DNA of 64,000 nucleotides from a virus. Its lineage: Duplodnaviria > Caudoviricetes. The notes below the pieces were generated by a model. That model was given only the letters and a program-made list of their open reading frames with translations, did not search any database and was not told the origin of the DNA. The DNA lies in the IMG/VR virus record IMGVR_UViG_3300034073_005177, positions 1,224 through 65,223 of that record, one strand, 5' to 3'. Both the position numbers and the translations under genes were made by a program. Shown here in pieces: positions 37,655 through 46,517 of the stretch; within the stretch, counting starts at the first letter, position 1, and every line of letters starts with the position of its first letter.

Positions 37655-39612
37655 ACTAATGTCTCCGAAAAGAGAATTTGATTCTTGGCCATCACGGCAG
37701 GCTCAGATTTTTTTATATCAACCCAAGGAGTAGGTTTTGAGAAATCAACGCGGTCGTGGAAAATCCAGCCGCCCAGTTCCTTTTTCATTCTAAGCGCAAG
37801 GTCTTTAATTTCCTGATCTGTAACCTCAGACCATTTTTTGTTAAAAAATTTATTGTTTTCGGGAACGTCATCTTGAATCTGGTTATAAAGACTCGCCCAA
37901 TGTCGCGACCAGAAACCTTTATAAGTGTGGATCTTTCTTTCTAAATCATACCAAGAATAATGGTAAACGCCTGGTAGTTGGGTAACAACATTGTTGAACC
38001 AATTATTGTACGCAATCAACGCATCTTTGTTGCCGGCAAAGGCAGCACGACGGGCGGCATCTACTTCATTTGTATAAAAAGTTACACACGGCACGTTTTC
38101 AAGAGTATCGCTATAAATGTAGTCATCGCCGTCGGAACCAGCCGAATACATCGTACCGTCTTGGTCGAATCTTCGATGCGCTTTCGGTAAACCATGCGTA
38201 ATTTTGGGATTGTTTCTACTTAGCCTCCATTTCCAGGGATTAACATCGACGCGAACCTTTTCAGGGCCGCCCCAATACTCAACGACGGGAAGAGCGATAA
38301 GATCGACACCTTTCGGAAACTTTTTGACTAAATCAATAATTTTTGCATAATCATCTTCGTGTACAACTTCGTCAATATCAACCTGCCAACAAAAATCACT
38401 GGTGCACTTCTTTCTGGCCTCGGCCTTCTGTTGGCCGTTGAAGAGGGCAAACCTCTTATCATTCCAATCTCTAATAAACTGGAACGGTTTAACACGAGAA
38501 TCTATTTTTTGAATTTCCAGCAATCTTTCCCAAGTACCGTCGGTCGATCCACCATCTACGACTACGACTTCATCGCAAAAACCCAGTAGAGACTTTATCG
38601 ATTGTTCCCAAGGGTAATTTTGTTCAATGCAATTTCTAGTCTGCGTATATCCGCTAATTGTAGGTTTGTAATCCATAAGATTTTTAATTCCATTCCAAAA
38701 TAGGTTGGGAGCTGCGTAAAGATATTCTTCTATCGATTCGATATCATCGGTAGCGAACCACTCTTCGTCTTTATGTTGAACGTTATCATTTAAATGTAAA
38801 TTACAACCGAGAAGTTTTGCTTCTATAACCATTCGAGGGCAAGTATCTTTACCTTTTGGTAGGTACACAAATCCTTCAGCCGCTGCAAGTTTAGCTAAAG
38901 TAGCCTCGTATGATAAACCCCAAATAATTTCATGTTCTTTTTGATGAGTATCGCACCATTGCTTAGCTTCATCAAAACCCTTTACCCATGAATCACTACC
39001 TAATACGATCCATCCTTTTTTTGATTCATTAGATTTAGTTAAGCTATTTCTTAAAATCTTAATTTTACCAAGCGTTTCTTTAGAAAAGACACTGGACAGT
39101 ACAATGTTGGTATTGTCTGTCAAAAACGGGAAAAGAGAATGATACCAATTTTTCTGAGCTTCAGACATCCACCAAAGAGAATTAGCACCATGAAAAAAAG
39201 CAGAAATTAGTTTACCGTTAACTTGTTCATGACAATCGCACTTAGTACCTGCGATGCTAGCGTGTTTTTCAGGCGATCGATAACGACAATACTTGTAATC
39301 ATATTCTAAAATCGAATATTGCAAATTCGCAATAATGCTGGGGATTAGTTGAGGATTAAGTGCCGAAAAATTACCAAATATCCAATATTTCGACATACCC
39401 TGTTGTAACATGTCCATCGTAACATGCTGTGACTTTATTTTTTGAATCTTAACTGGACATTCGGTGATTAGTGCTTCAGAAGTTAATTCTGCGCCACCAA
39501 CATAATCATCTACAAATAAATCAGCCACAAATATAATTTGTGTATCTGGCAGTAATCTTATTACTGAATTATCAGATCCAAATATTTCTTCTTTAAGATT
39601 AAAATTATTCAT
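37651..39612 (-). CDS. Two-domain glycosyltransferase (GT-B-like plus GT2)
   Basis: N-half: GGAE, DTCPRMVIEAKLLG. C-half: YPWEQSIKS, VVDGGSTDGT, QVDIDE. Confidence 0.85.
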   Translation of the reverse strand: MNNFNLKEEIFGSDNSVIRLLPDTQIIFVADLFVDDYVGGAELTSEALITECPVKIQKIKSQHVTMDMLQQGMSKYWIFGNFSALNPQLIPSIIANLQYSILEYDYKYCRYRSPEKHASIAGTKCDCHEQVNGKLISAFFHGANSLWWMSEAQKNWYHSLFPFLTDNTNIVLSSVFSKETLGKIKILRNSLTKSNESKKGWIVLGSDSWVKGFDEAKQWCDTHQKEHEIIWGLSYEATLAKLAAAEGFVYLPKGKDTCPRMVIEAKLLGCNLHLNDNVQHKDEEWFATDDIESIEEYLYAAPNLFWNGIKNLMDYKPTISGYTQTRNCIEQNYPWEQSIKSLLGFCDEVVVVDGGSTDGTWERLLEIQKIDSRVKPFQFIRDWNDKRFALFNGQQKAEARKKCTSDFCWQVDIDEVVHEDDYAKIIDLVKKFPKGVDLIALPVVEYWGGPEKVRVDVNPWKWRLSRNNPKITHGLPKAHRRFDQDGTMYSAGSDGDDYIYSDTLENVPCVTFYTNEVDAARRAAFAGNKDALIAYNNWFNNVVTQLPGVYHYSWYDLERKIHTYKGFWSRHWASLYNQIQDDVPENNKFFNKKWSEVTDQEIKDLALRMKKELGGWIFHDRVDFSKPTPWVDIKKSEPAVMAKNQILFSETLV

Positions 39613-39619
39613 AGATAGA

Positions 39620-39625
39620 ATCTTA
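39620..39625 (-). promoter_or_regulatory. -10-like hexamer TAAGAT, 7 nt before the first ATG of the glycosylation island
   Basis: Very AT-rich divergent intergenic region 39613-39704. Confidence 0.35.
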
Positions 39626-39704
39626 TTTTATTAAATTTTATTTAAAAATAAATCTAAATAAATTTCTTATTTCTGATTTGAGAAAGTAATTATGACAGTC
39701 GATT

Positions 39705-40253
39705 ATGAACAAAAAAATAAATCATCGTCAAAAATCGATTTATACCAGCGACGAAGATGATGAGGTCGAATCGAACGGAAAAAATTCCGTAAAATTATTG
39801 CATAATATTCATCAAAAACTAGATGCTAGTCCAGCTTTAAATGGCGGCTTCGATAGGTTACTTTATAAGATTGATGGCATAGAAAAAAGCCAAGTACAAA
39901 TTGTTGAAAAGGTTGATAAAATTCACGATGCTATTTATCATCCAGACGAAGGTTTATTTGCACGCATAGCTGCTACCAAGGCATCACAAACTGAATCGAT
40001 GATTCGAGTAGAAAAACAAGTAGAAGAAATAACAAGTTGGAAAGATGAAGCCCAGTCGCAAGACGAAAACTGCGAAAAGGAAGCAGACGAAATTCAATTA
40101 AAAATTCAACGCCTAGAAAACACGATCGTCAACGTCGAAAGATTTCAGTCTCTAGTAATTTCATCGCTAAAATGGTTGGCAGCAGGATTGGGTGGTGCAT
40201 TGGTGTCTGTTATTGCAAAAATTTTGTATAATTCGATAAAGTTATTACCTTGA
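39705..40253 (+). CDS. Coiled-coil protein with C-terminal transmembrane helix
   Basis: Heptad-like middle region; WLAAGLGGALVSVIAKIL at the C-terminus. Confidence 0.65.
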   Translation: MNKKINHRQKSIYTSDEDDEVESNGKNSVKLLHNIHQKLDASPALNGGFDRLLYKIDGIEKSQVQIVEKVDKIHDAIYHPDEGLFARIAATKASQTESMIRVEKQVEEITSWKDEAQSQDENCEKEADEIQLKIQRLENTIVNVERFQSLVISSLKWLAAGLGGALVSVIAKILYNSIKLLP

Positions 40254-40290
40254 CTTATACACCGATAATTGATGAATATATGTTTTTTAG

Positions 40291-41466
40291 GTGAATAATC
40301 TATACGTTGAAAGCGATATTAAAAAAGAATTAACCAACGTATTAAAAGACTTAAAAAATTATTTTAATAGCTATAAAAATTCTACTTTTTTCTTACAAAA
40401 AGCTCAGAATTTAAAATTCGAAAACGAATGTCAACAAAGAATTTATGATATTTTAATTGGCCACGCAATAAAAGCGGAAGCAATATCAGCGGGTGGATTT
40501 GAAAGTTTTATTTACAATTTGTACGATTTCGCTTCTTCACCATTAAAAGAAGTCGAATCTATAGCATTTAGCAAGTCCTCTTTGCGATCTTTAATATCTT
40601 CTTTTGTTTTAGAACATCCTACTATCTGTTTATTAGAAGATTGTTTTAAGCTGGCTGGAACGCGCGGAAAGATTATATTAACGCAACATCCCATTAATGG
40701 AGAAGACGATATCATAGAATTGAATACGGGCTCGTATTTTAATGAGTTAATGCCGGCTTTCGATATCAAATCAACTAAATTTTTAAATGCAAAAATTCTT
40801 TGTATCGATGGATTCATCGAATCCGTATCAGAGTTACACAGAATATTAGAAGATGCTTCTAAGCAAAAAGAAACCGTAATTCTTTTCGTCAGAGGGCTAT
40901 CAGATGATGTTCGTCATACATTAAAAATTAATTACGATAGAGGTTCGCTTCAAGTAATTCCAGTTATCGTAAAATATGACCTAGATGGTGTTAACTTATT
41001 GAAAGACATCGCCATACTAAACTCTAGCGATGTTATTTCTTCGCTTAAAGGTCAACTTATATCTAACGTTGACATATCTTGCGTTAATAGGATTGAAAGC
41101 ATAGACATTTCTTCCAGCGGAATCCTTATTGAAAATTCGTCAACATCCAGAGACGTCGACTTGCATATCAAAAGCTTGCAACAAAAGATCTTGGTCGCAT
41201 CAAATCAATATGAAATCGAAGCCTTAACGAAAAGGATTCAAAATCTGGGTACTTATCGTATTACTATTAGACTAAAAAATGATCAAAATAAAATGTTGAG
41301 ATCGCTAGAAATAGATAGAACATTAAGGGCTGCAAAATCTGCAATAACGTTTGGCACGTGCGAATATAATAACAAAATATATCCATACGCAAGCCTTAAG
41401 GCAGGTCAGTTTTTCGTTAAAAAGTTTTTTGAAACTATTCAAGATTTAGGCGTCATTCTAACCTAG
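40291..41466 (+). CDS. Degenerate, truncated GroEL-like chaperonin
   Basis: Apical-domain match (KILCIDGFIESVSELHRILE, TLKINYDRG, LLKDIAIL, YEIEALTKRIQNL). No GDGTT motif; only 391 aa. Confidence 0.75.
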   Translation: MNNLYVESDIKKELTNVLKDLKNYFNSYKNSTFFLQKAQNLKFENECQQRIYDILIGHAIKAEAISAGGFESFIYNLYDFASSPLKEVESIAFSKSSLRSLISSFVLEHPTICLLEDCFKLAGTRGKIILTQHPINGEDDIIELNTGSYFNELMPAFDIKSTKFLNAKILCIDGFIESVSELHRILEDASKQKETVILFVRGLSDDVRHTLKINYDRGSLQVIPVIVKYDLDGVNLLKDIAILNSSDVISSLKGQLISNVDISCVNRIESIDISSSGILIENSSTSRDVDLHIKSLQQKILVASNQYEIEALTKRIQNLGTYRITIRLKNDQNKMLRSLEIDRTLRAAKSAITFGTCEYNNKIYPYASLKAGQFFVKKFFETIQDLGVILT

Positions 41467-42542
41467 GTTGTTGCTGGCTGCGCTTGAGTTGCGCCTTTTT
41501 CTTGATCTTTTTTCAATCTTTCGACTTCCTTTTTTATTTGATCTTGTAGTTTGACCTTAAAGTCTTTTTCAAAGTCGACCATTAATCCGCGAATGAATCC
41601 GTCCGTTTGGTCATCAGGAATATTAAATTTTCTTTGAAGTTTTTGTAATTCTGGTACTACTAAATTTCCTTCAAAAGTCCCTAACTTAAATCCTAACTCA
41701 TCGAATAAAGACAATAGCGCCTTACCATTACTAATACCAGCTTTTTGAGCAGCTGCTTGTGTAATTTTAATATTTTGCTGTTGTTGTTGCTTCGATGGTT
41801 CGCCTCCCGATTGTTTGTCTTGCGAAGGAGCTTCACCACCGGCTTCTTCAGGACTAGCTAATTTAGGATCAACGTCAGCAACAGTTGTACCGCTATTTAA
41901 AACTTTAGAAATTTCTCCTAGTTGTACAGGTGTAGCATTAAATAAATCTTGTACGAGCTTATTTGTATCGATACCAGGAATTTTTCCGAATACCTTACCG
42001 AAGGTACCTGCAGGAATAAAAGCTTTTGTTAAAGAATTTTCTACGTTTTTCTTTAACTTGTCATCATCTTGAATCAATTCGATTAATTTCATTCCTTGCT
42101 TTTCATTGTCTTTTTCAATATCTTTAATATTGTTTTTTAGAATAGTTGGTAAAATTTTAAAACCAGCCTCTAACGCTCCCACCATCGCTAAGCCTGCGAG
42201 GATTGGATTTTTAGCGGGGGTTTTGCTAAATAGACTCGCAATGTTTCCCTTAAATCTTGTTAGTCCACCACCACCCGTGAATTCATTAATTTGTTTTACG
42301 ATTTGATCTATAGCGCCAGTCAATAAGTCCATACCTGCATTTTTAGCAGTATCACTAATCTTTTGTAGTTTTTCAATAACTTCAGTTGCTTGCTTATATT
42401 CATCGGCGTCTAAAGCTTCTAACAAAATTGCTACTTGATATTCTTCGCTCGATTTAAGCGTTTCGTCTATCAACTTTAATTTGCTTTTTACTTCAGTTAT
42501 TTTTTTATTTTGATAATGTTGCTTTAAGGTAGTTTGCGTCAT
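41463..42542 (-). CDS. Hypothetical helical protein, candidate internal head protein
   Basis: Lone minus-strand gene, ATATTTA motif upstream, ILLEA near the N-terminus, low-complexity Q/E/G linker. Confidence 0.6.
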   Translation of the reverse strand: MTQTTLKQHYQNKKITEVKSKLKLIDETLKSSEEYQVAILLEALDADEYKQATEVIEKLQKISDTAKNAGMDLLTGAIDQIVKQINEFTGGGGLTRFKGNIASLFSKTPAKNPILAGLAMVGALEAGFKILPTILKNNIKDIEKDNEKQGMKLIELIQDDDKLKKNVENSLTKAFIPAGTFGKVFGKIPGIDTNKLVQDLFNATPVQLGEISKVLNSGTTVADVDPKLASPEEAGGEAPSQDKQSGGEPSKQQQQQNIKITQAAAQKAGISNGKALLSLFDELGFKLGTFEGNLVVPELQKLQRKFNIPDDQTDGFIRGLMVDFEKDFKVKLQDQIKKEVERLKKDQEKGATQAQPATT

Positions 42543-42573
42543 AACAGTTTCTTTCTAGTTTTACCAGCAGCCA

Positions 42574-42580
42574 TAAATAT
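42574..42580 (-). promoter_or_regulatory. Candidate late promoter motif ATATTTA
   Basis: Upstream of the 42542 start; same motif as at 63886. Confidence 0.4.
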
Positions 42581-42588
42581 TGTAAATT

Positions 42589-42882
42589 TTGGATGGTGGT
42601 GTAAAAATGAATCAAATAGATAAAATTTCTAAAGAGGCTATGAGTTTATTAAACTATGCTAAAGATACAGCAATTGCAAATTTGACGACTGCCAATGGTC
42701 AAAAAAAACTAGAACCCCAACTCGACGGCGCGCAATTATTAGCTGTAATCAATTTGTTAAATTTATCCTTGTCACAAGGATTTCAAAAAGGATTACCATC
42801 TTTTCAAAAGACAGTAAAGCATCAAATTGATAATTCGTCTACAACGAAAGCAACAAAAACGTCCGAGCTAAAAAAGAAATGA
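42589..42882 (+). CDS. Hypothetical protein
   Basis: First gene of the run leading to clpP; probable ATG at 42607. Confidence 0.6.
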   Translation: MDGGVKMNQIDKISKEAMSLLNYAKDTAIANLTTANGQKKLEPQLDGAQLLAVINLLNLSLSQGFQKGLPSFQKTVKHQIDNSSTTKATKTSELKKK

Positions 42883-42883
42883 T

Positions 42884-43348
42884 ATGAGAGGTCAAAAACA
42901 TTTAATAAAATGTAGATGTGTTTTGCCCCAATATAAAAATTTGCCAAAACCACCAGTTCACAAATTTATCGTTTTTTCTACTATAAAGGACAACGATGAA
43001 GTAATCACGAAGTATGCACAATGCAATAATTGTGGCGTAATTCACAGAGTTACAAACATATGTGCTTCAGAAATAATTTCTGGTAAAGATCATATGAATT
43101 CTTTGATTACTGTTGAAGATATTAAGCCAACGTTGCACAGTAACATAGCTAATATTTTAGAAGCAAACTCCGTAGATTTACCAACGTGGGAGGCTGTTCA
43201 ATTTATTATTGAAAATAAACGTTGGGGCGATATGGTTGTTTTAAATGAAGAGATAGAAGGTAATGAAGCTTGTGGTAAATACATTAGAATTTTAGGAGAA
43301 GCTCTTTGTAAAGTAGAAGCATTTACAAGATCTATAGGGATAATATGA
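42884..43348 (+). CDS. Hypothetical protein with putative Zn ribbon
   Basis: CRC...CNNCGVIH. Confidence 0.65.
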   Translation: MRGQKHLIKCRCVLPQYKNLPKPPVHKFIVFSTIKDNDEVITKYAQCNNCGVIHRVTNICASEIISGKDHMNSLITVEDIKPTLHSNIANILEANSVDLPTWEAVQFIIENKRWGDMVVLNEEIEGNEACGKYIRILGEALCKVEAFTRSIGII

Positions 43349-43584
43349 CGCTTGAACTGTATGGACAATCTAATGGAGATAAGCTTGCAGAAGAGAGCGA
43401 AACTGCAAGAAAAATAGTGAAAGAAATTTCTAATTTTGGAATTTCTGAAAGACAACGATGTTTAATAATGTATTATCTTAGTTTAGAACTAGAAGACATT
43501 GAAAAAGCTCAGTTAATTTCATCTTTTTTAAAAGAGTGCATACCAAACTTAACTATTACAGGCATATATCAAGGAAGCGAGTAA
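43345..43584 (+). CDS. Hypothetical protein
   Basis: ATGA overlap with the upstream gene; ends 3 nt before clpP. Confidence 0.6.
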   Translation: MTLELYGQSNGDKLAEESETARKIVKEISNFGISERQRCLIMYYLSLELEDIEKAQLISSFLKECIPNLTITGIYQGSE

Positions 43585-43587
43585 ACA

Positions 43588-44184
43588 ATGGGTAGATCAA
43601 TCGTTCAAAATTCAAAAGGTAGATCAAATGGAATCGACGACGTATACTATGTTAGTAGTTCTGCAGCTGCCGATGATAGACTAGTCGTATTACATGGAGA
43701 AGTTAATGAACATTCTATATCCAATGTTATCGTACAACTTTTACATTTAGCTAATCAAAATCACAAACCAATTCATTTAGTAATTTCAACGTATGGTGGT
43801 TCCGTTGACGAAATGTTTTCACTCTACGATACTATCAAATTTTTACCGTGTCCTGTTCATACAATTGCTTTAGGCAAGGTTATGTCTGCAGGTGTACTTT
43901 TACTTGCTTCTGGGGTTAAAGGTAAGAGAATGATTGGTCGTTCTGCAAGAATAATGATTCATCCAATTTCAGGTGGAGTTCTTGGTAACGTATTTGAAGC
44001 GATGAACGAGATGAAAGAATTCGAAAGACTTCAAGACCTCATGGTTTCGGCACTGATGGCAGAAACAAAAATGAAAAAAGAAGAAGTTGATAAGCTGATG
44101 AAAGCCGGCCATGACTTTTTTCTAACACCAGAACAAGCAATACAAATGGGAATTGTCGATAAGATCATTGGCGACAAAAATTAA
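43588..44184 (+). CDS. clpP: ClpP-family protease subunit
   Basis: ISTYGGSV, VMSAG (Ser), IMIHP (His), DFFLTPEQAIQMGIVDKI (Asp). Confidence 0.93.
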   Translation: MGRSIVQNSKGRSNGIDDVYYVSSSAAADDRLVVLHGEVNEHSISNVIVQLLHLANQNHKPIHLVISTYGGSVDEMFSLYDTIKFLPCPVHTIALGKVMSAGVLLLASGVKGKRMIGRSARIMIHPISGGVLGNVFEAMNEMKEFERLQDLMVSALMAETKMKKEEVDKLMKAGHDFFLTPEQAIQMGIVDKIIGDKN

Positions 44185-44223
44185 ATTTGCAAATTAGTCA
44201 ACGAGTAGTATATCAATTAATGG

Positions 44224-45873
44224 ATGCCAAAATATCCATACGATCACTTTTTTCCGTTTTCTGAAATTAGAAAGGAACAAAGAACAGCAATCGAATTTGC
44301 GATTGATGCTTTCGAAAGCGGAAAAAAAACTGTCGTTCTTGAATTAGGTACTGGCGTTGGTAAGTCAGCCACAGGTGTAACGATCGCTAGATACATGGAA
44401 GCGCATGGTGAACCGATCCTTAGGGAGGATAATGAGGTTTTAACAGGAGCTTACATTGTTACGACGCAAAAGATTCTACAGGCTCAATATCTAAGAGATT
44501 TTGGGCAAGAATCTGGGAAAAATCTTGTAAGATCCATCAAGTCATCGAACAACTACCAGTGTGGATTCTACGAGGATCAATCATGCGCTGAGTCTAAACG
44601 CGTGTTGTCGAAACTTGCAAAACAACTATCTGGAACTGAATTCCAAAAGCATTGCAAGATGAGCTGTCCTTATTCTATTGAAAAGCAACAGTTTATTGAT
44701 TCACCGATTTCTGTCACGAATTTTCCCTATCTTTTAGCGGAATCAACCTACGCTGGTAAATTAGAACCTAGAGCTTTGTTGATTGTTGATGAAGCTCACA
44801 ACACAGAATTAGAATTAGGTAAATTTATTGAGGTAACATTTTCTGAAAAATTTGCAAGAGATATTTTGAAATGTAAACCTCCAAAAAATGATTCGCAGAG
44901 CGCGATCTACGAGTGGATTAAAACAATTTATAAACGAGCTGTTACAAAGCATGTATCTTCGCTAGAAAAGTCATTGTTAAAATTAAGTAATGATATCGAA
45001 GGATATGGTATTCACTCAAAACAATATGAATTACTAGAGAAACATATTTCTAAAATTGAAACGTTTATAGAGGTTTATAAACCCCAAAACTGGGTCATGA
45101 ATATTGTAATGCCACCACCGGATAACAAGAAGGCTGGTAAAAAATATGAATTTAAACCCATAGATGTTTCACCTTACGCATTTAATTCTTTTTTAAAACT
45201 TGGCGGTCGAGTCCTATTGATGTCTGCGACTATTGTTGATAAACAAGTTTTTTGTGAATCTTTAGGCTTGAAACTAAGCGATATCGCCTATCTGTCTATT
45301 TCTTCGCCATTTCCAATTGAGAACAGACCAATTCACTATATTCCTGTCGGGAGTATGTCAAAAAACGCTATAGAAAAAACTTTGCCTGTTTTAGTTGAAA
45401 CCGTTAGAATGATTTTAGAAAAACACACCAATGAAAAAGGCATAATTCATTGCACGAACTATAGAATTGCAAATTACATCAAAGAAAATTTAATGTCGCC
45501 TAGATTGTTAATTCACGATTCTTCTAATCGCGATGAAACTCTTAAATTACATACTAGCAGTAAGGATCCAACCGTGCTATTAAGTCCCTCGATGATGGAA
45601 GGTGTCGATCTAAAAGATGAACTAAGTAGATTTCAAATAATTTGCAAAATTCCTTTTCCATATCTCGGCGATCTTGTCGTCAAAAAGAGGATGGAAAGAA
45701 ACGATAAGTGGTATCCTTATATGACCGCAAAATCCATTATCCAGTCGCTAGGTAGATCTATTAGAAATCAATCTGATCACGCTATTTCCTATATTCTTGA
45801 TGGAGACTGGGAAAGATTTTACAACAAAAACAAACATTTATTTCCGTTAGAGTTTAATACCATGATTAGATAA
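44224..45873 (+). CDS. DinG/XPD-family SF2 helicase
   Basis: Q motif RKEQ, GTGVGKS, Cys cluster (YQC...SC...HCKMSCPY), DEAH, LMSAT, EGVD, QSLGRSIR. Confidence 0.92.
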   Translation: MPKYPYDHFFPFSEIRKEQRTAIEFAIDAFESGKKTVVLELGTGVGKSATGVTIARYMEAHGEPILREDNEVLTGAYIVTTQKILQAQYLRDFGQESGKNLVRSIKSSNNYQCGFYEDQSCAESKRVLSKLAKQLSGTEFQKHCKMSCPYSIEKQQFIDSPISVTNFPYLLAESTYAGKLEPRALLIVDEAHNTELELGKFIEVTFSEKFARDILKCKPPKNDSQSAIYEWIKTIYKRAVTKHVSSLEKSLLKLSNDIEGYGIHSKQYELLEKHISKIETFIEVYKPQNWVMNIVMPPPDNKKAGKKYEFKPIDVSPYAFNSFLKLGGRVLLMSATIVDKQVFCESLGLKLSDIAYLSISSPFPIENRPIHYIPVGSMSKNAIEKTLPVLVETVRMILEKHTNEKGIIHCTNYRIANYIKENLMSPRLLIHDSSNRDETLKLHTSSKDPTVLLSPSMMEGVDLKDELSRFQIICKIPFPYLGDLVVKKRMERNDKWYPYMTAKSIIQSLGRSIRNQSDHAISYILDGDWERFYNKNKHLFPLEFNTMIR

Positions 45874-45939
45874 ATGATAAATAATTTACTATTTTTTCAT
45901 AAAACATATATTTTATCTCAACTCACAAAGGAACAAAAA

Positions 45940-46134
45940 ATGGAAAACAACTCAGTTTTACAAAAATGGGACGAGCTTAAGCAACTAGTAGAAGCATTAG
46001 AGCACGACGTGTCAAAGAACGCAAAGGGCGTTGCAGCAGCAGGCGTGCGTGCGCGTAAGGGTCTACGTCAGCTTCAAGCAAAGTCAAAAGAGCTTGTTAA
46101 GCTAACAATTGAACTTGATAAATCAAAGGAGTGA
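45940..46134 (+). CDS. Histone H1-like (Hc1-type) small basic protein
   Basis: KGVAAAGVRARKGLRQL motif. Start refined to ATG 45940 behind AAGGA; the track gives 45874. Confidence 0.75.
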   Translation: MENNSVLQKWDELKQLVEALEHDVSKNAKGVAAAGVRARKGLRQLQAKSKELVKLTIELDKSKE

Positions 46135-46517
46135 AAATGCCACGACATCACAACAGGGCAATTCTTTCAGAAATTACTGAAAAAGGATTGGACCCAAAGA
46201 AAGAATACGTCGCCGGGAAAAATGGCCTAACACTTTCTGCCAGCGAATTAAAAAAAATTGATAAACCGACAGTTACGAATAGCAAGTCAGATAAACAAAA
46301 TCCAGCGCCAGAAGCTAAAGTTAAAGTAGAAGCTAAGGTAGTTTCTGAAGAAGTTGAATTGACTCAACTAACTTCTAGCGTTGAATTTGATGTCGTTGAT
46401 AATTCAAACGATGTTCCTCAAGACCAAGGAAGTCAAGAAGAAGACTTAACTACACAGTTAGCTGAAAAAGAAACGAAAGTAAAGAAAAAGCCTAAATCAA
46501 AGTTAGATCAATCTTGA
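46131..46517 (+). CDS. Hypothetical low-complexity K/E-rich protein
   Basis: 128 aa; GTGA overlap with the Hc1-like gene. Confidence 0.55.
   Translation: MKMPRHHNRAILSEITEKGLDPKKEYVAGKNGLTLSASELKKIDKPTVTNSKSDKQNPAPEAKVKVEAKVVSEEVELTQLTSSVEFDVVDNSNDVPQDQGSQEEDLTTQLAEKETKVKKKPKSKLDQS

Noticed and set aside
14203-39612. Bacterial O-antigen or capsule locus, i.e. host chromosome
   Set aside because: No flippase, polymerase, exporter or initiating transferase, and the island is continuous with phage sigma and baseplate genes.
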